DNA from: Eledone cirrhosa
Taxonomy: Eukaryota
Direction: 5' to 3'
Length of the DNA stretch: 64,000 nucleotides
NCBI GenBank assembly: GCA_964016885.1
Contig: OZ024743.1
Location: forward strand, 181,536,001 to 181,600,000
A program made the translations under genes and the position numbers. Each line of letters opens with the position of its first letter. Positions within the stretch are counted from its first letter, which is position 1. The notes below the pieces were generated by a model, which worked only from the letters and a program-made list of their open reading frames with translations, did no database searches and had not been told where the DNA came from. Below are positions 27,726-41,440 of this stretch, piece after piece.

Positions 27726-29363
27726 AATGGTGGTAGTGTGTAAGTTGTGTTGTTGTTGTTGTTGTTGTTATTGCTGGTGGTTTGGTAATTGTGTTATTGT
27801 TGTTGTTGTTATTGTTGGTGGTTTGGTAATTGTGTTGTTGTTGTTGTTGTTGTTGTAGTTGTTATTGGTGGTGGTGTGTTTATTGTGTTATTGTTGTTGT
27901 TGTTGTTATTGGTGGGGGTTTGGTAATTGTGGTGTTGTTATTGTTGTTGTTATTTTCTGGTGGTTTGGTAATTGTATTGTTGTTGTTGTTATTATTGGTG
28001 TTGGTTTGTTAATTGTGTTGTTGTTGTTGTTGTTATTGGTGGAGGTTTGTTAATTGTGTTGTTGCTGTTGTTGTTGTTGTTATTGGTGGTGGTTTGTTAA
28101 TTGTGTTGTTGTTGTTGCTGTTATTGGTGGTGGTTTGGTAATTGTGTTCTTGTTGTTGTAGTTATATGTGGTGGTTTGGTAATTGTGTTGTTGTTGTTGT
28201 TGTTGTTGTATTTGGTGGTGGTTTGGTAATTGTGTTGTTGTTGTTGTTGTTATTAATGGTGGTTTGCTAATTGTGTTGTTGTTATTGTTGTTATTGGTGG
28301 TGGTTTGGTAATTGTGTTGTTGTTGTTGTTGTTGTTGTTATTGGTGGTGGTTTGGTAATTGTGTTGTTGTTGATGTTGTTATTGGTGGTGGTTTGTTAAT
28401 TATTTTGTTGTTGTTGTTGTTATTGGTGGTGGTTTGGTATTTGGGTTGTTGTTGTTGTTGTTGTTGTTATTGGTGGTAGTTTGGTAATTGTGTTGTTGTT
28501 GTTGTTATTGTTGTTGTTGATATTGGTGGTGATTTGGTAATTGTGTTGTTGTTATTGTTGTTATTGCTGCTGGTTTGATTATTGTGTTGTTGCTGTTGTT
28601 GTTGTTGTTATTGGTGGTGGTTTGGTAATTGTGTTGTTGTTGTTGTTGTTATTGGTGGCGGTTTGGTAATTGTGTTGTTGTTGTTGTTGGTGGTGGTTTG
28701 GTAATTGTGTGGTTGTTATTGTTGTTATTGGTGGTGGTTTTGTAATTGTGTTGTTGTTGTTGGTGGTGTTGGTGGTTTGGTAATTGTGTTGTTGTTGTTG
28801 TTGTTGTTATTGGTGGTGGTTAAGTAATTGTGTTGTTGTTGTTGTTGTTATTGTTGGTGGTTAGGTAATTGTGTTGTTGTTGTTGTTATTGGTGTTGGTT
28901 TGGTAATTGTGTTGTTGTTGGTGGTGGTGGTGGTGGTTTGGTAATTATGTTGTTGTTGTTGTTGTTATTGGTGTTGGTTTGGTAATTGTGTTGATGTTGT
29001 TGTTGATATTGGTGGTGGTTTGGTAATTGTGTTGTTGTTATTTTTGTTATTGGTGGTGGTTTGGTAATTGTGTTGTTGTTGTTGTTGTTGTTATTGGTGG
29101 TGGTTTGGTAATTGTGTTGTTGTTGATGTTGTTATTGGTGGGGGTTTGGTAATTGTGTTGTTGTTGTTGTTATTGGTGGCGGTTTGTTAATTCTGTTGTT
29201 GTTGTTGTTGTTATTGGTGGTGGTTTGGTATTTGTGTTGTCGTTGTTGTTGTTGTTGTTGTTATTGGTGGTAGTTTGGTAATTGTGTTGTTGTTGTTGTT
29301 ATTGGTGGTGGTTTGGTAATTGTGTTGTTGTTGTTGTTGTTATTGGTGGTGGTTTGGTATTTG

Positions 29364-29394
<31 letters not shown>

Positions 29395-32300
29395 ATTGGT
29401 GGTGGTTTGGTAATTGTGTTGTTGTTATTGTTGTTATTGGTGGTGGTTCGATAATTGTGTTGTTGCTGTTTTTATTAGTGATGGTTTGGTAATTGTGTTG
29501 TTGTTGTTGTTGTTATTGGTGGTGGTTTGGTAATTGTGTTGTTGTTGTTGTTGTTATTGGTGGTGGTTTGGTAATTGTGTTGTTGTTATTGTTGTTATTG
29601 GTGGTGGTTTGGTAATTGTGTTGCTGTTGTTGTTGTTTTTGTTGTTACTGGTGGTGGTTTGGTAATTGTGTTGATGTTGTTGTTGTTATTGATGATGGTT
29701 TGTAATTGTGTTGTTGTTGTTGTTGTTATTGCTGGTGGTTTGGTAATTGTGTTGTTGTTGTTGTTGTTATTGGTGGTGGTTTGATTATTGTGTTGTTGTT
29801 GTTGTTGTTATTGGTGGTGGTTTGTTGATTGTGTTGTTGTTGTTATTGGTGGTGGTTTGGTAATTGTGTTGTTGGTGTTGTTGTTATTGGTGGTGGTTTG
29901 GTAATTGTGTTGTTGATGTTGTTGTTATTGGTGGTGGTTTGTAAATTGTGTTGTTGTTGTTATTATTGGTGGTGGTTTGTTGATTGTGTTGTTGTAGTTG
30001 TTGGTGGTGGTGGTGGCTTGGTAATTGTGTTGTTGTTGTTGTTGTTATTGGTGGTGGTTTTGTAATTGTGTCGTTGTTGTTGTTGTTGTTGTTATTGGTG
30101 GTGGTTTGGTAATTGTGTTGTTGTTGATGTTGTTATTGGTGGTGGTTTGTTAATTGTTTTGTTGTTGTTGTTGTTATTGGTGGTGGTTTGGTATTTGTGT
30201 TGTTGTTCTTGTTGTTGTTGTTGTTATTGGTGGTAGTTTGGTAATTGTGTTGTTGTTGTTGTTATTGTTGTTGTTGATATTGTTGGTGATTTGGTAATTG
30301 TGTTGTTGTTATTGTTGTTATTGGTGCTGGTTTGATTATTGTGTTGTTGTTGTTGTTATTATTGCTGGTGGTTTGGTGATCGTGTTGTTGTTGTTGTTAT
30401 TGGTGGTGGTTTGGTAATTGTGTAGTTGTTATTGTTGTTATTGGTGGTGGTTTTGTAATTGTGTTGTTGTTGTTGTTGTTATTGTTAGTGGTTTGGTAAT
30501 TGTATTGTTGTTGATGTTGTTGTTGTTATTGGTGGTGGTTTGTAATTTTGTTGTTGTTGTTGTTAGTGTTGGTGGTTTGGTAATTGTGTTGTTGTTGTTA
30601 TTGGTGGTGGTTTGATTATTGTGTTGTTGTTGTTGTTATTATTGCTGGTGGTTTGGTGATCGTGTTGTTGTTGTTGTTATTGGTGGTGGTTTGGTAATTG
30701 TGTTGTTGTTGTTGTTGTTGTTGTTATTGGTGGTGGTTTGGTAATTGTGTTGTTGTTGTTTTTGTTATTAGTGGAGGTTTGTTAATTGTGTTGTTGTTGT
30801 TGTTGTTGTTGTTATTGGTGGTGGTCTGGTAATTGTGTTGTTTTTGTTGTTGTTATTGGTGGTGGTTTGGTAATTGTGTTGTTGTTGGTGGTGGTGGTGG
30901 GGGTTTGGTAATTGTGTTGTTGTTGTTGTTATTGTTGGTGGTTTGGTAATTGTGTTGTTGTTGCTATTGGTGGTGGTTTGGTAATTGTGTTGTTGTTGTT
31001 GTCGTTATTGGTGGTGGTTTGGTAATTGTGTTGTTGTTGGTGGTGGTGGTGGTGGTTTGGTAATTGTGTTGTTGTTGTTGTTGTTGTTATTGGTGGTGGT
31101 TAAGTAATTGTGTTGTTGTTGTTGTTGTTATTGTTGGTGGTTAGGTAATTGTGTTGTTGTTGTTGTTTTTGGTGGTGGTTTGGTAATTGCGTTGTTGTTG
31201 TTGTTGTTATTGGTGTTGGTTTGGTAATTGTGTTGTTGTTGGTGGTGGTGGTGGTGGTTTGGTAATTATGTTGTTGTTGTTGTTATTGGTGTTGGTTTGT
31301 TAATTCTGTTGTTGTTGTTGTTGTTGTTATTGGTGGTGGTTAAGTAATTGTGTTGATGTTGTTGTTGATATAGTTGGTGGTTTGGTAAATGTGTTGTTGT
31401 TATTTTTGTTATTGGTGGTGGTTTGGTAATTGTGTTGTTGTTGTTGTTGTTATTGGTGGTGGTTTGGTAATTGTGTTGTTGTTGATGTTGTTAATAGTGG
31501 GGGTTTGGTAATTGTGTTGTTGTTGTTGTTATTGGTGGCGGTTTGTTAATTCTGTTGTTGTTGTTGTTGTTATTGGTGGTGGTTTGGTATTTGTGTTGTT
31601 GTTCTTGTTGTTGTTGTTGTTATTGGTGGTAGTTTGGTAATTGTGTTGTTGTTGTTATTGTTGTTGTTGTTATTGGTGGTGGTTTGGTAATTGTGTTGTT
31701 GTTGTTTTTATTAGTGATGGTTTGGTAATTGTGTAGTTGTTGTTGTTGTTATTGGTGGTGGTTTGGTAATTGTGTTGTTGTTGTTGTTGTTATTGGTGGT
31801 GGTTTGGTAATTGTGTTGTTGTTATTGTTGTTATTAGTGGTGGTTTGGTAATTGTGTTGTTGTTGTTGTTGTTTTTGTTGTTACTGGTGGTGGTTTGGTA
31901 ATTGTGTTGATGTTGTTGTTGTTATTGATGATGGTTTGTAATTGTGTTGTTGTTGTTGTTGTTGTTATTTGTGGAGGTTTGTTAATTGTGTTGTTGCTGT
32001 TGTTGTTGTTATTGGTGGAGGTTTGTTAATTATGCTGTTGTTGTTGTAGTTGTTGTTGTTGTTGTTATTGGTTGTGATTCGGTAATTGTGTTGTAGCTGT
32101 TGTTATTGGTGGTTTTTTGGTAATTGTGTTGTTGTTCTTGTTATTGGTCGTAGTTTGGTAATTGTATTGTTGTTGTTGTTGTTGTTGTTGTTATTGGTGG
32201 TGGTTTGGTATTTGTGTTGTTGTTGTTTTTGTTTTTGTTGTTATTATTGCAGGCGGTTTGTTAATTGTGTTGTTGCTGTTGTTGGTATTTGTGGAGGTTT

Positions 32301-33038
32301 GTTAATTGTGTTGTTGCTGTTCGTGTTGTTATTGGTGGGGGTTTGTTAATTGTGTTGTTGTTGTTGTTGTTATTGGTGGTGCTTTTGTAATTGTGTTGTT
32401 GTTGTTATTGTTATTGGTGATTGTTTGGTAATTGTGTTGTTGTTGTTGTTATTTGTGGTGGTTTGGTAATTGTATTGTTGTTGTTGTTGTTGTTGTTAAT
32501 GGTGCTAGTGTGTTAGTTGTGTTGTTGTTGTTGTTGTTATTGCTGGTGGTTTGGTAATTGTGTTGTTGTTGTTGTTGTTGTTGTTGTTATTGGTGGTGGT
32601 TTTGTAATTGTGTTGTTGTCGTTGTTGTTGTTGTTATTGGTGGTGATTAGGTAATTGTGTTGTTGTTGTTGTTGTTATTGTTCGTGGTTTGGTAATTTTG
32701 TTGTTGTTGTTGTTGTTGTTGTTATTGGTGGTGGTTTGGTAATTGTGTTGTTGTTATTGTTGTTGTTATTGGTGGTGGTTTGGTAATTGTATTATTGTTG
32801 TTGTTATTATTGGTGTTGGTTTGTTAATTGTGTTGTTGTTGTTGTTCTTGTTATTGGTGGTGGTTTGTTAATTGTGTTGTTGTTGTTGTTGCTGTTATTG
32901 GTGGTGGTTTGGTAATTGTGTTGTTGTTGTTATATGTGGTGGTTTGGTAATTGTGTTGTTGTTGTTGTTGTTGTTATTAGTGGTGGTTTGCTAATTGGGT
33001 TGTTGTTATTGTTGTTATTGGTGGTGGTTTGGTAATTG

Positions 33039-33069
<31 letters not shown>

Positions 33070-33970
33070 ATTGGTGGTGGTTTGGTAATTGTGTTGTTGT
33101 TTATGTTGTTATTGGTGGTGGTTTGGTAATTGTGTTGTTGTTGTTGTTATTGGTGGTGGTTTGTTAATTGTTTTGTTGTTGTTGTTGTTGTTATTGGTGG
33201 TAGTTTGGTAATTGTGTTGTTGTTGTTGTTATTGTTGTTGTTGATATTGGTGGTGATTTGGTAATTGTGTTGTTGTTGTTGTTGTTGTTATTGGTGGTGG
33301 TTTGGTATTTGTGTTGTTGTTGTTGTTGTTGTTATTGGTGGTGGTTTGGTAATTGTGTTGTTGTTATTGTTGTTATTGGTGCTGGTTTGATAATTGTGTT
33401 GTTGCTGTTGTTGTTGTTGTTATTGGTGGTGGTTTGGTAATTGTGTTGTTGTTGTTGTTGTTATTGGTTGTGGCTTGGTAATTGTGTTGTTGTTGTTGTT
33501 ATTGGTGGTGGTTTGGTAATTGTGTGGTTGTTATTGTTGTTATTGGTGGTGGTTTTGTAATTGTGTTGTTGTTGTTGTTGTTATTGTTGGTGGTTCGATT
33601 ATTGTGTTGTTGTTGTTGTTATTATTGGTGGTAGTTTGGTGATTGTGTTGTTGTTGTTGTTATTGGTGGTGGTTTGGTAATTGTGTTGTTGTTGTTGTTG
33701 TTATTGGTGGTGGTTTGTTAATTGTGTTGTTGTTGTTGTTGTTGTTGTTATTGGTGGTGGTCTGGTAATTGTGTTGTTGTTGTTGTTGTTATTGGTGGTG
33801 GTTTGGTAATTGAGTTGTTGTTGTTGTTGTTCTTGGTGGTGGTTTGGTAATTGTGTTGTTGTTGTTGTTATTATTGGTGGTGGTTTGGTAATTGTGTGGT
33901 TGTTGTTATTGGTGGTGGTTTGGTAATTGTGTTGTTGTTGTTGTTATTATTGGTGGTGGTTTGGTAATTG

Positions 33971-34002
<32 letters not shown>

Positions 34003-34090
34003 TGGTAATTGTGTTATTGTTGTTGTTGTTATTGGTGGTGGTTTGGTAATTGTGTTGTTGTTGTTATTATTGGTGGTGGTTTTGTAATTG

Positions 34091-34127
<37 letters not shown>

Positions 34128-35949
34128 ATTGTTGGTGGTTTGGTAATTGTGTTGTTTTTGTTATTACTGTTAGTGGTTTGTAATTGTGTTGTTGTTGTTG
34201 TTGTTGTTATTTGTGGTGGTTTGGTGATTGTGTTGTTGTTGTTGTTGTTGTTGTTGTTATTGGTGGTGGTTTGGTAATTGTGTTGTTGTTGTTGTTGTTG
34301 GTGGTGGTGGTTTGGTAATTGTGTTGTTGTTGTTGTTGTTATTGGTGGTGGTTTGGTAATTGTGTTGTTGTTGTTGTTATTATTGAGGTGGTTTGGTAAT
34401 TGTGTTGTTGTTGTTGTTGTTATTCGTGGTGGTTTGCCAATTGTGTTGTTTTTGTTGTTATTGGTGGTGCTTTGCTAATTGTGTTGTTGTTGTTGTTATT
34501 GTTCGTGGTTTGGTAATTCTGTTATTGTTGTTGTTGTTATTGGTGGTGGTTTGCTAATTGTGTTGTTGTTGTTGTTGTTATTGGTGGTGGTTTGGTAATT
34601 GTGTTGTTGTTGTTGTTGTTATTGGTGGTGGTTTGATTATTGTGTTGTTGTTGTTGTTGTTATTGGTGGTGGTTTGATTATTGTGTTGTCGTTGTTGTTG
34701 TTGTTATTGGTGGTGGATTGTTGATTATGTTGTTGTTGTTGTTGTTGTTATTGGTGGTGGTTTGGTAATTGTGTTGTTGTTGTTGTTGTTATTGGTGGTA
34801 GTTTGGTAATTGTGTTGTTGTTGTTATTGGTGGTGGTTTGATTATTGTGTTGTTGTTATTGTTGTTGTTGTTATTGGTGGGGGTTTGATTATTGTGTTGT
34901 TGTTGTTATTGGTGGTGGTTTGATTATTGTGTTGTTGTTGTTTTTGTTGTTGTTATTGGTGATGGTTTGGTAATTGTGTTGTTGTTGTTCTTGTTGTTAT
35001 TGGTGGTGGTTTGGTAATTGTGTTGTTGCTGTTGTTTTTGTTATTGGTGGTGGTTTGGTAATTGTGTTGTTGCTGTTGTTGTTGTTATTGGTGGTGGTTT
35101 CGTAATTGTGTTGTTGTTGTTGTTGTTGTTGTTGTTATTGGTGGTGGTTTGGTAATTGTGTTGTTGTTGTTGTTGTTATTGGTGGTGGTTTGGTAATTGT
35201 GTTGTTGTTGTTGTTGTTATTGGTGATGGTTTGGTAATTGTGTTGTTGTTATTGCTGTTATTGGTGGGGGTTTGGTAATTGTGTTGTTGCTGTTGTTGTC
35301 GTTATTGGTGGTGGTTTCGTAATTGTGTTGTTGTTGTTGTTGTTATTGGTGGAGGTTTTTTAATTGTGTTGTTGTTGTTGTTGGTGGTGGTGGTTTGGTA
35401 ATTGTGTTGTTGTTGTTGGTGGCGGTGGTGGCGGTTTGGTGATTGTGTTGTTGTTGTTGTTATTGGTGGTGGTTTGGTAATCGTGTTGTTGTTGTTGTTG
35501 TTGTTGTTATTGGTGGTGGTTTGGTAATTGTGTTGTTGTTGTTGTTGTTGTTATTGGTGGTGGTTTGGTAATTGTGTTGCTGTTGTTGTTGTTATTGGTG
35601 GTGGTTTGTGATTGTGTTGTTGTTGTTATGGGTGGTGGTTTGGTAATTGTGTTGTTGTTGTTATTGGTGGTGGTTTGCTAATTGTGTTGCTGTTGTTGGT
35701 GGTTCGATTATTGTGTTGTTGTTGTTGTTGTTATTGGTGGTGGTTTGTAATTGTGTTGTTGTTGTTGTTGTTATTTGGTGGTTTGGTGATTGTTTTGTTG
35801 TTGTTTTTGTTAATGGTGGTGGTTTGGTAATTGTGTTGTTGTTGTTGTTGTTATTGGTGGTGGTTTGGTAATTGTGTTTTTGTTGTTGTTATTATTGGTG
35901 GTGGTTTGGTAATTGTGTTGTTGTTGTTGTTGTTATTGGTGGTGGTTTG

Positions 35950-38314
35950 GTAATTGTGTTGCTGTTGTTGTTGTTATTGGTGGTGGTTCGTAATTGTGTT
36001 GTTGTTGTTGTTATTGGTGGTGGTTTGGTAATTGTGTTGTTGTTGTTGTTGTTATTGGTGGTGGTTTGGTAATTGTGTTGTTGTTGTTATTATTGGTGGT
36101 GGTTTGGTAATTGTGTTGTTGTTGTTGTTATTGGTGGTGGTTTGATAATTGTATTGTTGTTGTTGTTGTTATTGTTGGTGGTGCGATTATCGTGTTGTTG
36201 TTGTTATTGTTGTTATTGGTGGTGGTTTGGTTATTGTGTGGTTGTTGTTATTGTTGGTTGTTCGTTTATTGTGTTGTTGCTGTTGTTGTTGTTATTCGAG
36301 GTGGTTTGGTAATTGTGTTGTTTTTGTTATTATTGTTGGTGGTTTGTAATTGTGTTGTTGTTGTTGTTGTTGTTATTTGGTGGTTTGGTGATTGTGTTGT
36401 TGTTGTTGTTGCTATTGGTGGTGGTTTGCTAATTGTGTTGATGTGGTTGTTGTTGTTATTGGTGGTGGTTTGGTAATTGTGTTGTTGTTGTTGTTGTTAT
36501 TGGTGGTGATTTGCTAATTGTGTTGTTGTTGTTGTTGTTATTGGTGGTGGTTTGGTAATTGTGTTGTTGTTGTTGTTGTTATTGATGTGTGTTTGGTAAT
36601 TGTGTTGTTGTTGTTGTTATTATTGGTGGTGGTTTGGTAATTATGTTGTTGTTGTTGTTGTTGTTGTTATTGGTGATGGTTTGGTAATTGTGTTGTTGTT
36701 GTTGTTATTGGTGGTGGTTTGGTAATCGTGTTGTTATTGTTGTTGTTATTGGTGGTGGTTAGGTAATTGTGTTGTTGTTGTTGTTGTTATTGGTGGTGGT
36801 TTGGTAATTGTGTTGTTGTTGTTGTTGTTATTGATGGTGGTTTGGTAATTGTGTTGTTGTTGTTGTTATTATTGGTGGTGGTTTGCTAATTATGTTGTTG
36901 TTGTTGTTGTTGTTATTGGTGATGGTTTGGTAATTGTGTTGTTGTTGTTGTTATAGGTGTTGGTTTGGTAATCGTGTTGTTATTGTTGTTTGTTATTGGT
37001 GGTGGTTTGGTAATTGTGTTGTTGTTGTTGTTGTTATTGGTGGTTGTTTGGTAATTGTGTTGTTGTTGTTGTTATTGGTGGTGGTTTGGTAATGTTGTTG
37101 TTGTTGTTGTTGTTGTTATTGGTGGTGGTTTGGTAATTGTGTTGTTGTTGTTGTTGTTGTTATTGGTGGTGGTTTGGTAATTGTGTTGATGTTGTTGTTA
37201 TTGGTGGTGGTTTGGTAATTGTGTTGTTGTTATTGCTGTTATTGGTGGTGGTTTGTAAATTGTTTTGTTGTTGGTGTTGTTATTGGTGGTGGTTTGGTAA
37301 TTGTGTTGTTGTTGTTGTTGTTGTCGTTATTGGTGGTGGTTTGGTAATTGTGTTGTTGCTGTTGTGGTTGTTATTGGTGGTTGTTTGGTAATTATGTTGT
37401 TGCTGTTGTTGTTGTTATTGGTGGTGGTTTGGTAATTGTGTTGTTGTTGTTGTTATTGGTGGTGGTTTGGTAATTGTGTTGTTGTTGTTGTTGTTATTGG
37501 TGATGGTTTGGTAATTGTTTTGTTGTTATTGTTGTTATTGGTGGTGGTTTGGTAATTGTGTTGTTGCTGTTGTTGTTGTTATTGGTGGTGGTTTCGTAAT
37601 TGTGTTGTTGTTGTTGTTATTGTTGTTATTGGTGGTGGTTTGGTAATTGTGTTGTTGCTGTTGTTGTTGTTATTGGTGGTGCTTTGGTAATTGTGTTGTT
37701 GTTGTTGTTGTTATTGGTGGTGGTTTGGTAATTGTGTTGTTGTTGTTGTTATTGTTGGTGGTTTGGTAATTGTGTTGTTGTTGTTGTTATTGGTGATGGT
37801 TTGGTAATTGTGTTGTTGTTATTGTTGTTATTGGTGGCGGTTTGGTAATTGTGTTGTTGTTGTTGTTGTTGTTGTTGTTATTGGTGGTGGTTTGGTAATT
37901 GTGTTGTTGTTAATGGTGGTGGTTTGGTAATTGTGTTGTTGTTGTTGTTGTTATTGGTGGTGGTTTGGTAATTGTGTTGTTGTTGTTGTTATTGGTGGTG
38001 GTTTGGTAATTTTGTTGTTGTTGTTGTTGATGTTATTGGTGATGGTTTGGTAATCGTGTTGTTATTGTTGTTGTTATTGGTGGTGGTTTGGTAATTGTGT
38101 TGTTGTTGTTGTTGTTGTTGTTATTGTTGTTATTGGTGGTGATTTGGTAATTGTGTTGTTGTTGTTGTTATTGGTGGTGGATTGGTAATTGTGTTGTTGT
38201 TATTGTTATTATTGGTGATGGTTTGGTAATTGTGTTGTTGCTGTTGTTGTTGTTATTGGTGGTGGTTTCATAATTGTGTTGTTGTTGTTGTTATTGGTGG
38301 TGGATTGGTAATTG

Positions 38315-38345
<31 letters not shown>

Positions 38346-41300
38346 ATTGGTGGTGGTTTGGTAATTTTGTTGTTGTTGTTGGTGGTGGTGGTGGTGGTGG
38401 TTTGGTGATTGTGTTGTTGTTGTTGTTGTTATTGGTGGTGGTTTGGTAATCGTGTTGTTGTTGTTGTTGTTGTGTTTATTGGTGGTGGTTTGGTAATTGT
38501 GTTGTTGTTATTGTTGTTATTGGTGGTGGTTTGGTAATTGTGTTGTTGTTGTTGTTGTTATTGGTGGTGGTTTGGTAATTGTGTTGTTGTTGTTGTTGTT
38601 ATTGGTGGTGGTTTGGTAAGTGTGTTGTTGTTGTTATTGGTGGTGGTTTGGTAATTTTGTTGTTGTTGTTGTTATTGGTGGTGGTTTGGTAATCGTGTTG
38701 TTATTGATGTTGTTATTGGTGGTGGTTTGGTAATTGTGTTGTTGTTGTTGTTGTTATTGGTGGTGGTTTGGTAATTGTGTTGTTGTTGTTGTTGTTATTG
38801 GTGGTTGTTTGCTAATTGTGTTTTTGTTGTTGTTGTTATTGGTGGTGGTTTTGTAATTGTGTTGTTGTTGTTGTTGTTATTGGTGGTGGTTTGGTAATTG
38901 TGTTGATGTTGTTGTTATTGGTGGTGGTTTGGTAATTGTGTTGTTGTTATTGTTGTTATTGGTGGTGGTTTGGTAATTATGTTGATGTTGTTGTTATTGG
39001 TGGTGGTTTGGTAATTGTGTTGTTGTTATTGCTGTTATTGGTGGTGGTTCATTAATTGTGTTGTTGTTGTTGTTATTGGTGGTGGTTTGGTAATTTTGTT
39101 GTTGTTGTTGTTATTGGTGGTGGTTTGGTAATCGTGTTGTTATTGATGTTGTTATTGGTGGTTGTTTGGTAATTGTGTTGTTGCTGTTGTTGTTGTTATT
39201 GCTGGTGGTTTCGTAATTGTGTTGTTGTTGTTGTTATTGTTGTTATTGGTGGTGGTTTGGTAATTGTGTTGTTGTTATTGTTGTTATTGGTGGTGGTTTG
39301 GTGATTGTGTTGTTGTTGTTGTTGTTGTTATTGGTGGTGGTTTGTAATTGTGTTGTTGTTGTTGTTATTGGTGGTGGTTTGGTAATTGTGTTGTTGTTGT
39401 TGTTGTTATTGGTGGTGGTTTGGTAATTGTGTTGTTGTTGTTATTATTGGTGGTGGTTTGGTAATTGTGTTGTTGTTGTTGTTATTGGTGGTGGTTTGGT
39501 AATTGTATTGTTGTTGTTGTTGTTATTGTTGGTGGTTCGATTATTGTGTTGTTGTTGTTATTGTTGTTATTGGTGGTGGTTTGGTTATTGTGTGGTTGTT
39601 GTTATTGTTGGTTGTTCGTTTATTGTGTTGTTGCTGTTGTTGTTGTTATTCGTGGTGGTTTGGTAATTGTGTTGTTTTTGTTATTATTGTTGGTGGTTTG
39701 TAATTGTGTTGTTGTTGTTGTTGTTATTTGGTGGTTTGGTGATTGTGTTGTTGTTGTTGTTATTGGTGGTGGTTTGGTAATTGTGTTGTTGTTGTTGTTG
39801 TTATTGATGGTGGTTTGGTAATTGTGTTGTTGTTGTTATTATTGGTGGTGGTTTGGTAATTATGTTGTTGTTGTTGTTGTTGTTGTTATTGGTGATGGTT
39901 TGGTAATTGTGTTGTTGTTGTTGTTATTGGTGGTGGTTTGGTAATCGTGTTGTTATTGTTGTTGTTATTGGTGGTGGTTTGGTAATTGTGTTGTTGTTGT
40001 TGTTGTTATTGGTGGTGGTTTGGTAATTGTGATGTTGTTGTTGTTGTTGTTATTGATTGTGGTTTGGTAATTGTGTTGTTGTTGTTGTTATTATTGGTGG
40101 TGGTTTGCTAATTATGTTGTTGTTGTTGTTGTTGTTATTGGTGATGGTTTGGTAATTGTGTTGTTGTTGTTGTTATTGGTGGTGGTTTGGTAATCGTGTT
40201 GTTATTGTTGTTGTTATTGGTGGTGGTTTGGTAATTGTGTTGTTGTTGTTGTTGTTATTGGTGGTGATTTGGTAATTGTGTTGTTGTTGTTGTTATTGGT
40301 GGTGGTTTGGTAATTGTGTTGTTGTTGTTGTTGTTATTGGTGGTGGTTTGGTAATTGTGTTGATGTTGTTGTTATTGGTGGTGGTTTGGTAATTGTGTTG
40401 TTGTTATTGCTGTTATTGGTGGTGGTTTGTAAATTGTTTTGTTGTTGGTGTTGTTATTGGTGGTGGTTTGGTAATTGTGTTGTTGTTGTTGTTGTTGTCG
40501 TTATTGGTGGTGGTTTGGTAATTGTGTTGTTGCTGTTGTGGTTGTTATTGGTGGTTGTTTGGTAATTGTGTTGTTGCTGTTGTTGTTGTTATTGGTGGTG
40601 GTTTGGTAATTGTGTTGTTGTTGTTGTTATTGGTGGTGGTTTGGTAATTGTGTTGTTGTTGTTGTTGTTATTGGTGATGGTTTGGTAATTGTTTTGTTGT
40701 TATTGTTGTTATTGGTGGTGGTTTGGTAATTGTGTTGTTGCTGTTGTTGTTGTTATTGGTGGTGGTTTCGTAATTGTGTTGTTGTTGTTGTTATTGTTGT
40801 TATTGGTGGTGGTTTGGTAATTGTGTTGTTGCTGTTGTTGTTGTTATTGGTGGTGCTTTGGTAATTGTGTTGTTGTTGTTGTTGTTATTGGTGGTGGTTT
40901 GGTAATTGTGTTGTTGTTGTTGTTATTGGTGGTGGTTTGGTAATTGTGTTGTTGTTGTTGTTATTGGTGATGGTTTGGTAATTGTGTTGTTGTTATTGTT
41001 GTTATTGGTGGTGGTTTGGTAATTGTGTTGTTGTTGTTGTTGTTGTTGTTATTGGTGGTGGTTTGGTAATTGTGTTGTTGTTGTTGTTAATGGTGGTGGT
41101 TTGGTAATTGTGTTGTTGTTGTTGTTGTTATTGGTGGTGGTTTGGTAATTGTGTTGTTATTGTTGTTGTTATTGGTGGTGGTTTGGTAATTGTTTTGTTG
41201 TTGTTGTTGTTGTTGTTATTGTTGTTATTGGTGGTGATTTGGTAATTGTGTTGTTGTTGTTGTTATTGGTGGTGGATTGGTAATTGTGTTGTTGTTGTTG

Positions 41301-41409
41301 TTATTATTGGTGATGGTTTGGTAATTGTGTTGTTGCTGTTGTTGTTGTTATTGGTGGTGGTTTCGTAATTGTGTTGTTGTTGTTGTTATTGGTGGTGGAT
41401 TGGTAATTG

Positions 41410-41440
<31 letters not shown>

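Larger units (their letters stand above)
7320..34000 (+). repeat. Sub-domain II: higher-order repeat region with nested duplications
   Basis: Private markers: TGTAGCTG...GGTCGTAGTTTGG (repeat ORFs at 9099, 16333, 18089, 23746, 25502, 27088, 32086); TATTTTCTGG (10931, 13032, 20483, 27951); TGGTATGGTA (11741, 13927, 19192, 21378). The right boundary is diffuse. Confidence 0.8.
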
